Source: Elsinoe ampelina (taxonomy: Eukaryota). From it: a stretch of DNA of 64,000 nucleotides. The stretch is taken from NCBI GenBank assembly GCA_010093995.1, contig ML992503.1, positions 921,234 through 985,233 of the forward strand, given 5' to 3'. Every line of letters starts with the position of its first letter. Within the stretch, counting starts at the first letter, position 1. Shown here in pieces: positions 51,698 to 64,000 of the stretch. The position numbers and the translations under genes are program-made. The notes under the pieces are model-generated. The model had not been told where the DNA came from. It did no database searches and was given only the letters and a program-made list of their open reading frames with translations.

Positions 51698-52692
51698 ACG
51701 GGTGGAAGGAAGCAGTATGGATTGAGGATATCAATGAATAATGACAATAGATAATGCCTGCAGAGAAGGGCTAGACGGCCGCCGGGAGGTTCACGGACGC
51801 CCGATCAAGCTATGGAGGACCTCTACTGGTAGCGAGAACTGTTGGATCCACGTCGTCCATTCATTATTGCTGACGGGCTTCGCCACTCGACCCATCGGGA
51901 TCTTTGGGGATTTGGTGGTCAGCAGTCAAATCTGGCCGCGTAGGAGATCAGAGTGATTCCTGCAAAAAAGGTCAAGTGAGAGAGGGGAGAAGTAGCACCG
52001 AAGAGCCACATGAACTAAGCCAACTGGTCCGATACGTGAGTTTAGCAGCTTCACAAGGCATCATCCAGGAGAATGACCCGCGACCTTGTCTGGAGATAGC
52101 TCTAGAATGTACCCTTGGTATGCAGCTTGCCGCCTATTTGGCCACACATGTCCGATCCCAGATCGGGGCGGGATTCATCACACAGATGGGCAAAGAAATT
52201 ATGCGATTTGAAGACCCAAGAAAGGCGCAAAGTATGTTTGAAGAGACAGTAGCCACCAATAGACCCCTATCAATGTGCTTAGAATAGGTCCGGGGGAATT
52301 GGAAAGGAGGGGGCCAGAGAGACGTCGACTGCCTGGAATGGTACACGGGGCCTGCCACCGCTGCGTTGTCATTACTTCGCTATATCCACGCCAGGGCGAC
52401 ATTCCCGTCGAGCATTTCGTGTCGAAGCGGACGCAAAGGAGACGAATAGTCTACGACGATCGCATGCCACTACCAAATCTCGATCACGACAAAATATGCT
52501 ATGAAATGCTTTCTCTCTGTCTCTGCTGGTCTTTGCTGATTGTCATATGCACACGCCGTAGTCGCGGACAACTCTTCTCAAAAATCCTACCAGAGGTGAT
52601 CCGCTATCCTCGAGAATGTCCGGATTTGCCGCGTGACCCCCTTACGGTACCTGCTCCGCGTTCGCTCACTGACAAGTTCCGTCCGAACCACG

Positions 52693-53382
52693 TCATGCCT
52701 GCTGCTCTCCAGCTTCCTGCCCCTCGGTCCCCTGCGTGCGTCGGGATGTGGTAGTTGACGAACGCTGTTTGGTAGGTGTCTGGATATCCCCGTTCCCTTC
52801 CACTCCAGAACCATCATCGTTCATTGCCTTCTTCTCCGACGACGTCGGGCTTCCCCCTTTCCCGGCTGGACTCTTCACTGGTGTTGTCCCTGCGACCAGA
52901 ACACCCAGACTCAGCCTATCCACTTCCTTCTCCAGCAGTCGCACCACTGAAGCCAGGTCCCGATTCTCCCTCCTGAGCTCTTCCATCTTCTGTACTGCTT
53001 GCATCTCGGCAAGGACACTGACGCTGCGCTCCATCTTGGCGCGGTTCAGAGCGGAGGCCAGCTGCTGATTCTTGGCGAGGAGGGCATCGCGCTCTGCTTC
53101 AGGGGTGGCACGTGGAGGTGGTCGGCGTGCGGAGGAGGCGGTGTGGGTGTCGAGGGGTGAGCGGGTACGGGCGGTGGTCAGGAGGCGTGAGAGGGTGGCG
53201 AGATGGAAGTCGGATTCGGCCAGGATGATGGGAATCGGCTGCTTGGAGTCTGAGACCGGACGGGTGGTGGCGAGACTGTCTTGACTGGTGCGGCTTCGGA
53301 GAGACGCCCCAGATGTGAATTCCACACTTCTGGCCAGAATCTCGTGGGCTTCGTCTGGTTGAATATTAGTATTGTCAGCCAT
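52693..53382 (-). CDS. Hypothetical coiled-coil protein
   Basis: 229-aa ORF with an ATG start and a heptad-like central segment. No recognisable family. Confidence 0.5.
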   Translation of the reverse strand: MADNTNIQPDEAHEILARSVEFTSGASLRSRTSQDSLATTRPVSDSKQPIPIILAESDFHLATLSRLLTTARTRSPLDTHTASSARRPPPRATPEAERDALLAKNQQLASALNRAKMERSVSVLAEMQAVQKMEELRRENRDLASVVRLLEKEVDRLSLGVLVAGTTPVKSPAGKGGSPTSSEKKAMNDDGSGVEGNGDIQTPTKQRSSTTTSRRTQGTEGQEAGEQQA

Positions 53383-53645
53383 GATGTTGTGTCGCGAGTG
53401 AATATCAGCCGAGCAGTATCAGCAGCAGAAGTCAAGACGAGGTCGGTGCGAGTAACGAAGTTGGAAATCCAAGGTGAGTGTAAATTGGAGTGAGCGAGGT
53501 GGTATCGCAGGAGTAGATACACGTCATAGGCATGTGATATGCTTCCACATGCAAGCAGCCGATGTCAGGCGCTGGTAGGAGATCCTTCTCGTCGCCTAAG
53601 GCGCAAATACCAATCACCATGTCGTCCTCCACTCCTCAATCCTGC

Positions 53646-55256
53646 CTACACCGAGAAACGGAAGGTTGGATGGTCGTCTCCAAGTTCCTCGTTTAGTTGG
53701 AGCAGGTGGTCTCTCTCGCCACGGTCCCTACGCTTGTTCTCGGCAACGAGGCCGATGGCGAAGCAGGTGGAGAGGAATCCGCACAAGCAGAGTAAGCCTA
53801 TGATTGTGGCATATGGTCCAATGTTTCTCGGGGCTGCTCGGGGGGAGAATATGTTCGATGCAATAATTCCGCTGAAGTTCCCGAAGCAGATCTGGATAGC
53901 AGAGCCAATCGACCGTTTGGTGCTGCCTCCTAAGCAGTTCGATAACCAGACGATGACCACAGGCTGAGCAATGTACGTCCCGCTTGTGATTGCGTACAAA
54001 GCGAAGTACCTGACACGGACCGGAAGGCCCATTGGAGGTCCTCCTGGTTTTGGAAGAGGTCCTTGGCCGAGAAGGATGGCATATCCGATCATCGCAAGCG
54101 TGAGACCAGCTATGATGAACCCATATCGGTGCTTGACGCGATCGCTCAAAATACCGACACAGAAGCAGACGACGGTAGCCACAACCCATATGGGAATGGA
54201 CTGGACTTGAGCTTGGACCCCAGAGTATCCCAAGGTGGCAAGGATCGAAGGCATAAACAATGAGGTGCTGTAGCCGGAGGTGCCGACAGACATGTACATC
54301 AAAGCACCGCACCAGATTTTCCAGTCTTTGATAGTTCGCAGAATGGTAGCCTTGGTCAATTTGTCCATCTTGGCGTGGCCACCAAGATCGTTCAAGGTAC
54401 GTTTGGACCAGAATTGCCTCTCTGCGGCTGTGAGGAACTTTGCTTGGTGTGGCCAGTCTGCCAGCACCCAGACGGTAATCAGAGAGAGAGTACATGCAGT
54501 TAGACCCTCAATGATAAGCACCCAACGCCAGCCGGCGAGCCCGGCCAGAGTGTTCATGTTGACAAGACCATATGCCATGAGTCCTGAAGTTGCACCAGCA
54601 AGAATGCCCGCACTCCAGAAGATGTTGAATCGAAGTTGGAATTCGTGTTTTTGGTACCACATCGACATCAAGTACACGGCACCGGGCGTGAAACCGCTTT
54701 CGCATGTCCCGAGTAAGGCTCTTACGGCGATGAGGCCCCCAAGGTTGGTCGTGAAGCCTTGAGACATAGCGACAATGCCCCAGCAGAAAGCCATACCTGT
54801 TCAGGGTCAGGAACGCTTCCTTTACGATGACGAATCGCCGGATCCTACCAGAAATGAAGAAAGATGGTCGACTTCTCTTCAAGAGCAGGTTTGCTGGGAT
54901 GTCGAAAAGTATGTACGTTGCGAAAAATACCTAGAGCAGTCAGAAAAGGACTGCGCTGTTGGTACTGGGCGACCTGCCTGGAGCGCAACGTTGAAATCGT
55001 TGCCTTTCAGATGCAAGTCTCTCTCTAGACCGAGAAGACGCACGTTCCCGAGGTTGATTCGACTGACAAAGGAGGACATGAACAGGAACCACAAGGGAAC
55101 GATGAGATGCAGGTCGATCTTGCGAAGAATACGCTTCTCTTCCTTGATGTCAAAATCATTGTTGTCGGAGACGTCGTCTCGAGACGAGAAACTGGATGCG
55201 GCGATCCTGGTGTCATTCTTCTCGGTGACGTTGGCGTTGGTATCCTTGTCAGCCAT
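53646..55256 (-). CDS. MFS transporter, anion:cation symporter (allantoate/nicotinate permease-like) family
   Basis: EEKRILRKIDLHL, RINLGNVRL, RALLG.CESGF.PG, GWRWVLIIEG, HPTFRF C-terminus. Two introns near 54.8-55.0 kb. Confidence 0.9.
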
Positions 55257-56476
55257 GGTTTGTGGTAGACGACTTGGCAGTGAAGCTTGAGAAAACTTGA
55301 TCAGAACCTCATGTCTGGACCTACCTGGGAGCTGAATGATATTTAATACTCAAAAATCAGTGGAATGGTCCCACATTCGCCATCCAGAACGGCACTCATT
55401 TCCAGAGCACGAGCTGCAGCAGCCCCATCTGAGTGCGTGTATCAATGTCCCGCCTGCATGTTGTATCATGTCCTCTTTCCAGACACGCCAGTCTATCGAT
55501 GGTTCCAAGCTAGCCCGGTTCGCTTAGGTGGCAGCTTATATTGCTGGGCGGCGCGGTTCTGTGGGATCCGCCAATCATCCGTTCGGCGAATATCAATCGC
55601 GCCTCTGCCCTGCAGCGAGCAGGTTTCGACTCGCGTCCTGGTGCGCATCGCTCGGGCCAATTGATAGTTGAGGTACAGACATGGCTGGACGGAACGCCGA
55701 ATGATCTCCAGATCAGCAGCTCTGGGCTGAGTCTGAGCTGTCAAGTGTGAGTGGAGGAGAAAGAGGAGACGTGCGGTGGGAATGAAGCCGAACGAACGCA
55801 CGGATGCACTCCACCGGGATGCGCCCTCAAGCTTCGGTACACAAGAGCTGTCATCCTTCTTTGTTCTTGATCCTTCGTGCCATGACACCGGTTGGAGAGC
55901 TCTACATTTCCCACCTGCTGGTCCTGTACCACCGGCCGACTGCGTGCTGCATCGATATTGATGGCGATCGATGGCACGCGTGGAGAGGCAAGAGCTGGGT
56001 CCCAGTCAGCCCTGAGAGGCATGAGTCGGGGACATTTGCCTGCCATTCGTGGACCTGTATCGCCCCTTACCGTGCCACAGACGTACATCAAGCTTCCCAT
56101 CCAAGCGTCTCGCATTGCCATCGGGACCTCCGGTGGAAGCAAAATAGATGAAAGTGCAGTGAAATGAACTTACTCGATGCGACATGGTCTGTAACACTCG
56201 GGCTGGATAGGAAAATGCCAGTCCTCGTCTCATTTGTTGCTTCGCCGTATACTCGCTTGCAGTGGATAAATGTGAGGTCGAAAATGGTGACTCGGTGTGG
56301 ATTGGATCCGACAGCGTGGGAGCTCTCTGCACAAACCTCACCTGAAGTGGCCTCACCTCGCCAAATCTCACATGGAGCTCCAAAGCAAATCCGAAGCTTC
56401 TTCCACACCCATGTCGCTTTACAATTGCTTGCACTAGCACCTTACCACCTTATTGCCACAAGATCATCAACTCGAC

Positions 56477-57629
56477 ATGGCATTTCTGAGCAACTACGGC
56501 GATGTGGAGGATCGGAGCGAGGTCCTCTCGATCCCCTCGCTCGTGTTCCTGATCCTCACGTTTCTGGTGGTCACGGCAAGGTTGTACACACGATTCAAGC
56601 AAGGTCTCTTCCTTCTCGCAGATGACTGGATCATACTCCTCGCCACTCTTTTCGCAGAGACGCTCGGCGTGCTCATGATCCTCTGCTCGGCAGCTGGCTT
56701 TGGGAAGCACATTGCTGACCTGGACCCCGACACCATCAGGAAAACGCTCAAGTATTTCTTCGTCTCACAAGTTGTATACAAGCTTAGCATATCCTTCACC
56801 AAGCTATCGATCTTGGCGTTCTACAGGAGACTTTTCTTCATCCACACCAGGTTTCGAAAAGCATGCAACATACTCATGATAGTGGTCGCCGCCTGGATCG
56901 TGGCAGCCCTGTTTTCTACCGTTTTCCAATGTACGCCAGTACCATACGCCTACGACAAGAGGATCAATGGTGGCCATTGCATCAATCTTAGCGCGAGCTG
57001 GTACGCGAACGCAACTTTCAACATCATCAGCGATTTTGTGATTACGCTTCTGCCGATGCCAGTCGTATCGAAACTCCAGATGAAGACGCGCGAAAAGCTC
57101 ATGCTTTGCGGTCTCTTTGCTCTAGGATTTCTGTGAGACCTTCTCCACCCATCCACATTCTTCTACTGACAGGTGCAGGGTATGTGTTACTTCAATCCTT
57201 CGCGCCACGACTATCAGCATCACTGGCAGTGCCGTCGACAGGACCTGGTCCTCCATCGACAGCAGTATGTGGTCCGTTGTCGAAGCGAACTTGGCCATCA
57301 TCGGCTCGTGCATGCCGATTCTCAAGAAACCACTCACCAGGATCCTGCACCTCTCAACTACCAGTTCCACCAAGCAGTCACGAAGCGGTATGTTGAATAT
57401 CACAGCTCAGTCGAACCTAAGCACAAACAAGAGCGGAGGATTCCCAACAACGGCAGTCAGATCTATCCACAGCCGAGGTGGAGACAGCTCAAGTGAAGAG
57501 GGCATACTGGCTGGCAGTTTACCTCTAGAGCTTTACCATATCAAGAAGACTCAAGAGATACACATGGTTAGTGAGGCAGGGACGACTCCGCCTGCACTTG
57601 AGCTCGAGAAGGAACGCGTGAGAGTCTGA
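56477..57629 (+). CDS. PTH11-like/rhodopsin-domain integral membrane protein (no CFEM)
   Basis: ARLYTR...ADDW, GFGKH, TKLSILAFYRRLF, FQCTP, NIISDF...LPMP, WS.VE.NLAII.SCMP. Intron 57133-57178. Confidence 0.88.
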
Positions 57630-58040
57630 TTGGTTGTCAATGGAAAAGCGAGGGCGTTATTGGGGCAAAGATTCGTGGGGAGAGCTCTCACGCACTGAGA
57701 AGCTACTCCGCCAAAGTAAAAGATGGGATTTGCTGAGAAGACCCTCAGAGATGCATCATACACATGAGCTTGATCAAGGGTGTTACAACGGCGCTGAGAG
57801 AACAAAGAGACCATGTAGTCCTATACCGTATCAAAACTTCGTACACCCACACCAACGTTCTCAACGGTCAGTCAATGAATTCGATGTACTGAGCATGGAA
57901 ATCTCTGCTATTCCAATGGTTCGGACGATTGTGTGAAAAGGGCAAGGAGTATCGATTTTAAGGTTCGGGTGCCAAGAACGCTGGTCCACCTTGCCCTCCA
58001 ACCATCACAACAGACCTTCTCATCTGATCAACACCATGAG

Positions 58041-59160
58041 ATGAATCTCGATGCCATCTCCAAAGTCCAGGAGCTCGGAGATTTGGGCTTAGCGTGCGTC
58101 CTCTGTCTTACCGCCGAGCAGCATGGCATCGTCCTGGCGGAGCGGGATGAGCTTGACGACGTGGCAAGAGGTCTTGCGATGGTGTGTCGCACGCACTCCT
58201 AGCTATACTCTGGCGCTTCGCTGACGGCAGCAGACCTGTAGCGAAGAGCTCGGCCTATCAACCGTTGTGATAGAATGCGCTGAAGGCACAGACCTGGATC
58301 ACTTTCGCGAAAGCATGCTGGTGGACGCCTTGAACGATACAGAGAACGATTCGTCGCACCATGAGTACAGCTCACCGCTCAAAAGCCACCGCTTCGGGAC
58401 TAACGACATTTCCTTGGACGAACGCCGCGTGGCAGACGTTGTTGTTGCAAAAAATCTCAATATTGCCGACTACTTTGTGCAGATCCAGGCGATTGAGCTG
58501 ATCCGAACCGGTCGCATGTACACGCATACTGCTATGCACTCGACGGGCAAGACCTTCCTTCTTATTGCACTGAACCAATACGACTCCGTGACACCCATGT
58601 CACGGCATCTGAATGACCTCTTCGCCATCGCCCACCGCCACCAATCCGCTCGTGGTAGTGACCTCGATTCGCTGTCCTACCGATCCAAGGCAACAAGTGA
58701 CTCGGCGTCTCTCCGCTCTGTACTACGCGGAGACCCCTCTCGCTCACGTCCGGGCTCCGTCCAGAGCGCTACGCTCAGCCCCGACAACCTGGTCGCTATT
58801 CGCTCGGCGAGTACCAAAGTCACAATGACGGCCGAAGTCTCGGCTTACCTGCAGAACATGGTCGTCGCTATGCGCCTTCATCGTTACGTGGCGGGCGGTA
58901 TCTCGGCACTCGCGACCCGGCACCTGCGCATGGTCGCTCGGTCTTTGGCTGTATTGCACGGCCTAGATTATGTCACTCCTGCAATAGTGGGGCTAGCAGT
59001 CAGGAAGGTGTATCTGCACAGGCTGGTCCTGGCTGATGAGAGGACAGAGAGAAGCCTCAGGTGGGGGAGTGATGCGGAAGCCGTGAGGGACAATATGAAG
59101 GACGTCACCGTAGAAGGTGCCATTGAGACGGTGCTGGCAAGTGTGCAGAGTCCGTTATGA
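58041..59160 (+). CDS. Mtc2-like protein with degenerate AAA+/ChlI-MoxR lid domain
   Basis: KVQELGDL.LA.VLCL.AEQH start, ADVVVAKNL, YLQNMVVAMRLHRYVAGGIS, HGLDYVTP, ERSLRWGSD. Intron ~58182-58233. Confidence 0.75.
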
Positions 59161-59326
59161 CTGTAATGTTTATAATTTCAAGATACCACAAATTCGTGCA
59201 ATGAGTACGCTGAGAGACCACGGCAATGTCCAAGCAAGCAACGCAAATGCTAAACGTCAAATCCTTCCAGGCGCCATCCCTCTCCTCCACGTTCCCTCCC
59301 TCACTCACGCTCAATCGCTTCCTCCC

Positions 59327-60412
59327 TCAAGGCACAGCCAAAAACCCTCCGCCCTTCCTCTTCCATTGATCCAACATGACCGAAAACTCCACCCTCAGAT
59401 CCTCCACCGTAGCATCCATCTTGATATCATTCTTGTCATACCCAAACGGATCCTCAAGTTGCTGCCCAATGCCCTCAATCCCATACAACGTAAACGTAAT
59501 AATCGTCGTCAACGGCACAGCCCACCACTCCAAATCCGCCACCATAGCAAACGGCAACACGCCCCCGAACAACGCCAACACCTGCCTGATATGAATCAAA
59601 TACGCCACCGGGATCGGCGTCAACCGCACCGTCTCCATCGTCCCAAACGCAGACATGGCGTTGTTCAACTGCACCGTCAGCTGAGACGCCTGAGGGGCGG
59701 AGAACCATCCCCTGGCTGAGCTGCGCTGGATGAAGCCTTCGATGAGCAGGGAGATCTGGACTGGTAGACCAAGGCCATGGTCTTCGAACGTGGCGAGGCC
59801 GGAGGGGAGGAGGTCGTCGAAGCCGGGCTCGTCGGGGATCTTGGACGGGCCGGAAGCGATGCGCTGCAGGAGGTTCTGCGACTCAGGATGGCGTTGGCCG
59901 AGGGGGGCGCCCCATTCTTGACGCAGGTGGGCTTTCACGGCGTAGACGTACGCGAGGAGGAGGCGGACGGCGGTTTCGGTGTCGGCGCGATCGGCTTCGG
60001 TGGGTGGAGAAGTAGCGTTGCTGCTGCCGACGAGGAACATGCGGGAGAGATTCCGCATCGAGGTGCAGAGCGTGGTGAGTTGGGATTGGCCTGTCCAGAA
60101 GCGATCGTAGGAGGTGGAGTTGCGGAAGACGAGCATCAGACCGACGACGATGGAGAGGGCGGGGATGAGGGCTTGGGGGAGGTGGAGCGTGGCGTTGGGG
60201 TGTTTGACGTCGATGAGGACTACTACTACCGCGAAGAGGGTGTGCAGGAGTACGGGGAGGAAGATGTCGACGTGTACCGCGCCTTTGATGAAGCGGAGGA
60301 CGAGCGGCCAGCGGCGGGGTTTCTTGCGGTTTTGGAAGTAAGAGGGTGTGCGGCCGACGGAGCGAATGCCATTCTCGTCGGTCGAGTATTCGGAATTGTG
60401 CAAACCTTGCAT
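59327..60412 (-). CDS. Bestrophin/UPF0187 (YneE-like) anion channel
   Basis: VGLMLVFRN.TSYDRFW.G, TPIPVAY.IH, GIEGIG.QLEDPFGYDKNDI. Confidence 0.9.
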   Translation of the reverse strand: MQGLHNSEYSTDENGIRSVGRTPSYFQNRKKPRRWPLVLRFIKGAVHVDIFLPVLLHTLFAVVVVLIDVKHPNATLHLPQALIPALSIVVGLMLVFRNSTSYDRFWTGQSQLTTLCTSMRNLSRMFLVGSSNATSPPTEADRADTETAVRLLLAYVYAVKAHLRQEWGAPLGQRHPESQNLLQRIASGPSKIPDEPGFDDLLPSGLATFEDHGLGLPVQISLLIEGFIQRSSARGWFSAPQASQLTVQLNNAMSAFGTMETVRLTPIPVAYLIHIRQVLALFGGVLPFAMVADLEWWAVPLTTIITFTLYGIEGIGQQLEDPFGYDKNDIKMDATVEDLRVEFSVMLDQWKRKGGGFLAVP

Positions 60413-60917
60413 GACTGTTTGCTTGAGATAAAATGGTTGATAGTGGCACGGAGTTGCGGTCAAGGAGCAACCTGATCAGCGAAGACGCGTTCGAGTGGTT
60501 CCTTGACTTCCCCAAAACGGGTCGATTGGGGCTTTCGATACGGAAAATGAAAAGTCACAGCAGCAGTCGTGAAGATGCTAGCCTGTAAAGATGTCCTGAA
60601 TGAGGGAGATGAGGCTTTGACTTTATGAAGGTGGAGCAAGGTGAGACAGCCTGCTTCACCTTTCGGGAGCGGCCATTTCGGCCTCGTAACCCCCTATGTG
60701 TTTCACATTGCAAGGCGACCCGACCAAGGATGATCCAGCCAATTGATCCCGGCTTGATGTCTGTCTATGAGGGCGTTAAATTTGTTTGCGTTTGTCAACA
60801 AAACCCTGATGACGCTGCTGCTGGTCATTCGAGCATGGTGGCTTCGCAGCTTAATGGCTGTCGGTATGGCATTTATATACTTTACAGTATTCACCACCTG
60901 TATCTGGGTATCATCAA

Positions 60918-62000
60918 CTAAAGTATCTTCTTGAGATTGTCCGATAACACTCTATCTTCCACCCTCCGCATGAATTTGTTCGTTTGTTCCGCCAGCGTCA
61001 GAGTCAGAATAGTATGTGGCAGTATCCGAGCCAAGTGGGCGAAGAAACCTTTGTACACCGCCAGAACTCCCTCAGTCTTTACCGTCCGGTACAAGCAATC
61101 GAATGCACTGCTGTAAAGAGAGCCTGTCTGATTGTACATACGCGACATGACTGTATCCGGTGGGTGCATGACACAGCAGACAACGAATCCGGATGCTGCG
61201 CTGGACGTGAGATGTAGAGCGGGACCTTCTTCCATGCCGAGATGTTTCACCAGTCGACGTTTGGCAAAGAAGTAGGTCGGGAGTTGGACAGAACTCCCAA
61301 AGCCGGTACGTATCATGGCTGGGACCGTCCCGCGATATAGACCCTTGACACCCTCTGCGTTGTAGATCTGTGACAAACCATCCCACGCGCCCTTGTAATG
61401 ATGTTGTGTTCCAACAGGTAGATACGGCGAGAAACTCTGGAGTCTAGTCTTGACTAGGAAAAATGGTCCACCCATGACCGCTCCTAAAACGCCGCTGGAT
61501 GCTCCTGAGGCTATGTTGATGGGCAGGCTCTGCAGTGCTTTCGAATCCGCGGCGTCCTTCTGTAGAAGTGATCGATGAAGGACCAACGAGTTCAAGCTTG
61601 TCCGTATGGGTTCGTAGAAGCCGAGGCGGCACCCGTTAAGCATTATCTGGTAGATGTATGCGCAGTTGATCCCTTTGAACAAGCCTCGAAGTCCTTCGTT
61701 CTTGTAAATGACCGAGATGCCATGGACCACTCCTCGATATAGCTTCGGCGCATCCTTTTTCGACTGTAGCTCGCCCTGGAGTTGGAGGCGCAATTTGGTG
61801 ACTTCCATACAATTGGTTACAGTAACAGCGCCGCATGCTGCTATACCACCGGCAATGAAAGACCTTGAAGGTACGTCAGCGAACGTCCTACATCTAGTAG
61901 GGTCTCCTCATCCGGTCAGAGCTCTTTCTTTGAGAAGAGGCTCTTTCTCATAGACTGAAACCCCTCCATCGGTATTCCCTTACCCGGTAGTTGTGCTCAT
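60918..62000 (-). CDS. OAC1: Mitochondrial oxaloacetate/sulfate carrier
   Basis: MSTTTG exon, intron, then FIAGGIAACGAVT...RLQLQGEL, YQI.LNGCRLGFYEP, GSSVQLP.Y, RILPHTILTL. Confidence 0.92.
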
Positions 62001-62375
62001 GGTGTATCGTAGGAGGCTGGATGTAGAGTAAGGGGCGCACACAGCGAAGGCGAATTCGTGGTGTTATGCTCCCATCTGCGGTCTCATGAATCCTGCTGCA
62101 CCCAACGGAAAGCTGCTTTCGGCATGGTAGTGCTGTGATTGATTTCGAGAATGATGCTGAGTGAGATTACTTCTGGCTATTCACAATGTGTTTGAGCTCC
62201 GATCGCGGCTCTGGCGTGATCTGCCGCCAAAAGCCGAAGGACGACGTCTTGCACGAATCGTGATACTCGGCTCAATTGAGTTCTCTGACTCGGACAATTC
62301 TTCACGACTTCTGGCCCTGCAAGCCAAACCAACGAGCATAAATCCTCCCCAAGGATCTCGCTGAACACTGTAGTG

Positions 62376-63502
62376 ATGGGCGCCGAAAATGCTCAGCCGC
62401 CTACTCAAAAGGTCAGCGAGGTCATATCGACCTTTCGACCGACCAGAGTAAGTATAGATCGCGCGTGCGAGACGACAATACCGCTGACCTTTGGTAGCTC
62501 TTCAAAGCTCCTGGCCTTCACTACACGTCGATAGACTTTGACGACACTGGCGAATTGCTAGTCTTATCTCGAACGGACGATACTATTCAAATATACAATA
62601 CAAGAGCCGGCGCTCATGCAAAAGAGCTCAAGTCTCAGAAATATGGCTGCGGTCTTGCGCGTTTTACACATCATTCACAATCACTCCTATACGCCAGCAC
62701 AAAGATCGACGACGGTTTGAGGTACCTATCAGTACACGACAACTCATTCATCAAGTACTTGAGAGGTCACACGGATCGCGTCACGTCCCTATCTCTTTGC
62801 CCGAGCAACGACACGTTCCTGTCCGCCTCGCTTGACCACACAGTGAAACTCTGGGACCTCCGCTCAGGATCGCCACAGGGCAACTTGAACCTCTTCGGTG
62901 CCACTCTGACTGCGTACGACCCTTCTGCCTCCGTCATAGGCATAGCCTCGGCAGCAACAAATAGTGTCCTCCTCTATGACTTGCGCAACTTCGACAAGCC
63001 CCCTTTCGCGACGTTTGACCTACTCGACACTGAGAAAGGGGCTCGATCTCTGGGACACCGAGTGGGAGAAGGATGGACATCACTAGAGTTCAGCAACAAC
63101 GGCAAGAGCATTCTTGTGGGCACCAGTAGCCATACACACTTTCTGCTAGATGCATTCGATGGAACCCTGACAGGCTACCTCTACCGGCCACCAGGGCCCC
63201 CACCGTTCCCGACAGAGATCAATGCTAAGGACGGCACGCCGCCTAGACACGATGCCGCGGGTCTGCAAGGTGACGCTTGCTTCAGTCCTGATGGTCGATA
63301 CGTGATTTCTCCATCAGCTCAGCACGGTCTTCTGGTCTGGGACAGCATTGGAGAAAAGGATAGGAACAATGTCATAAAGCCGATGACTGATCTGCCTGGC
63401 CCTAAGACGGCGACGGTAGTCGCATACAACCAGAGACACAACCTGATCGCCAGCGCCGGGTCCGACGTGACACTCTGGCTGCCAGATCCGGATCTGATGT
63501 AA
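62376..63502 (+). CDS. SWD2: WD40 protein Swd2/WDR82 (COMPASS/CPF subunit)
   Basis: SIDFDDTGE, SQKYG, LRYLS.HDNSFI.YLRGHT..V, VKLWDLRS, LYDLRNFDK.PF, EFSNNGK. Intron 62448-62497. Confidence 0.9.
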
Positions 63503-63837
63503 AGAGAAGCTGAAGAATGATCATGATACCCACGAAGCAGTTTTCCCAAATGAGGGAAAGGTGGAAGGATGGTATTGCATTGATACCCGACCCGTTGATT
63601 TCAACAGGTCACAGATAATAACAAGAAGAGATATTCGCTACACAAGCCGAATGCAACACATTCCCAACAGACAGACCAAGTCATCTGGTCTTTCACTCAT
63701 GCTGCTCCGGCACCGATAGCCTTTTGTCCAACCCAAACAATGCCAAATTCACACGCAATGCCTCTCGAACCAAATCAATACACTTCGCTTTTCCCCAACG
63801 CCGTATACAGTTCCCTTCATTGCCCTTCACAGCTCAA

Positions 63838-64000
63838 TCAATACTCAGGAAAATGCGCTGTCTCCTCCCTCGCATCAGCCGGACTCAACGCCGGCGGCGC
63901 CTGCTGCCCCGTCTTCCTCATCAGCGCAGACAACTGATTCACGCTCCCACTAAACCAGCCTCCACTCTCATCCAGCCTCCTCCTCTGCTCCGCGTCTTCT
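63838..64000 (-). CDS. 3' end of an unidentified protein-coding gene continuing beyond the window
   Basis: Open frame ...EQRRRLDESGGWFSGSVNQLSALMRKTGQQAPPALSPADAREETAHFPEY* with coding-like codon use. Confidence 0.55.
   Translation of the reverse strand, partial: EDAEQRRRLDESGGWFSGSVNQLSALMRKTGQQAPPALSPADAREETAHFPEY

Noticed and set aside
51904..52754. Two consecutive + strand ORFs (127 and 159 aa)
   Set aside because: No recognisable domain or convincing start and splice signals; cannot be supported without RNA or homology data.
53646..57629. MFS transporter plus PTH11-like gene as a secondary-metabolite cluster
   Set aside because: No backbone enzyme or tailoring genes nearby; the neighbours are housekeeping genes.

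Overview
Fungal (Pezizomycotina, probably Dothideomycete) chromosomal DNA. Two gene-dense, intron-containing housekeeping regions (1-20.0 kb and 48.5-64 kb, about 19 genes) flank a 28.5-kb AT-rich block with a heavy RIP signature (TpA-rich, CpA/TpG-depleted). The block can be fully resolved as a nested transposon stack, each element with an intact target-site duplication. The outer element is a Tc1/IS630-type DD34E DNA transposon (20013-48527, TA TSD, multi-block TIRs, about 3.4 kb on its own) with a second convergent ~617-codon ORF. It contains a minus-strand chromodomain Gypsy element (A, 21806-46943). Element A in turn contains two copies of a second Gypsy family (B1 23020-29275, B2 33064-39319) and one Copia (C 39927-45245). 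The most notable signals are: (i) an antisense, two-intron, Cys-rich gene inside Gypsy A; (ii) the accessory Cys/His-motif ORF of the Tc1 element; (iii) a ~20-bp palindrome-derived DNA motif shared by the unrelated Gypsy B and Copia C; (iv) insertion of the whole stack into the short divergent promoter region between an NAD kinase gene and LAS1. All protein readings inside the block are manual reconstructions from RIP-mutated DNA.
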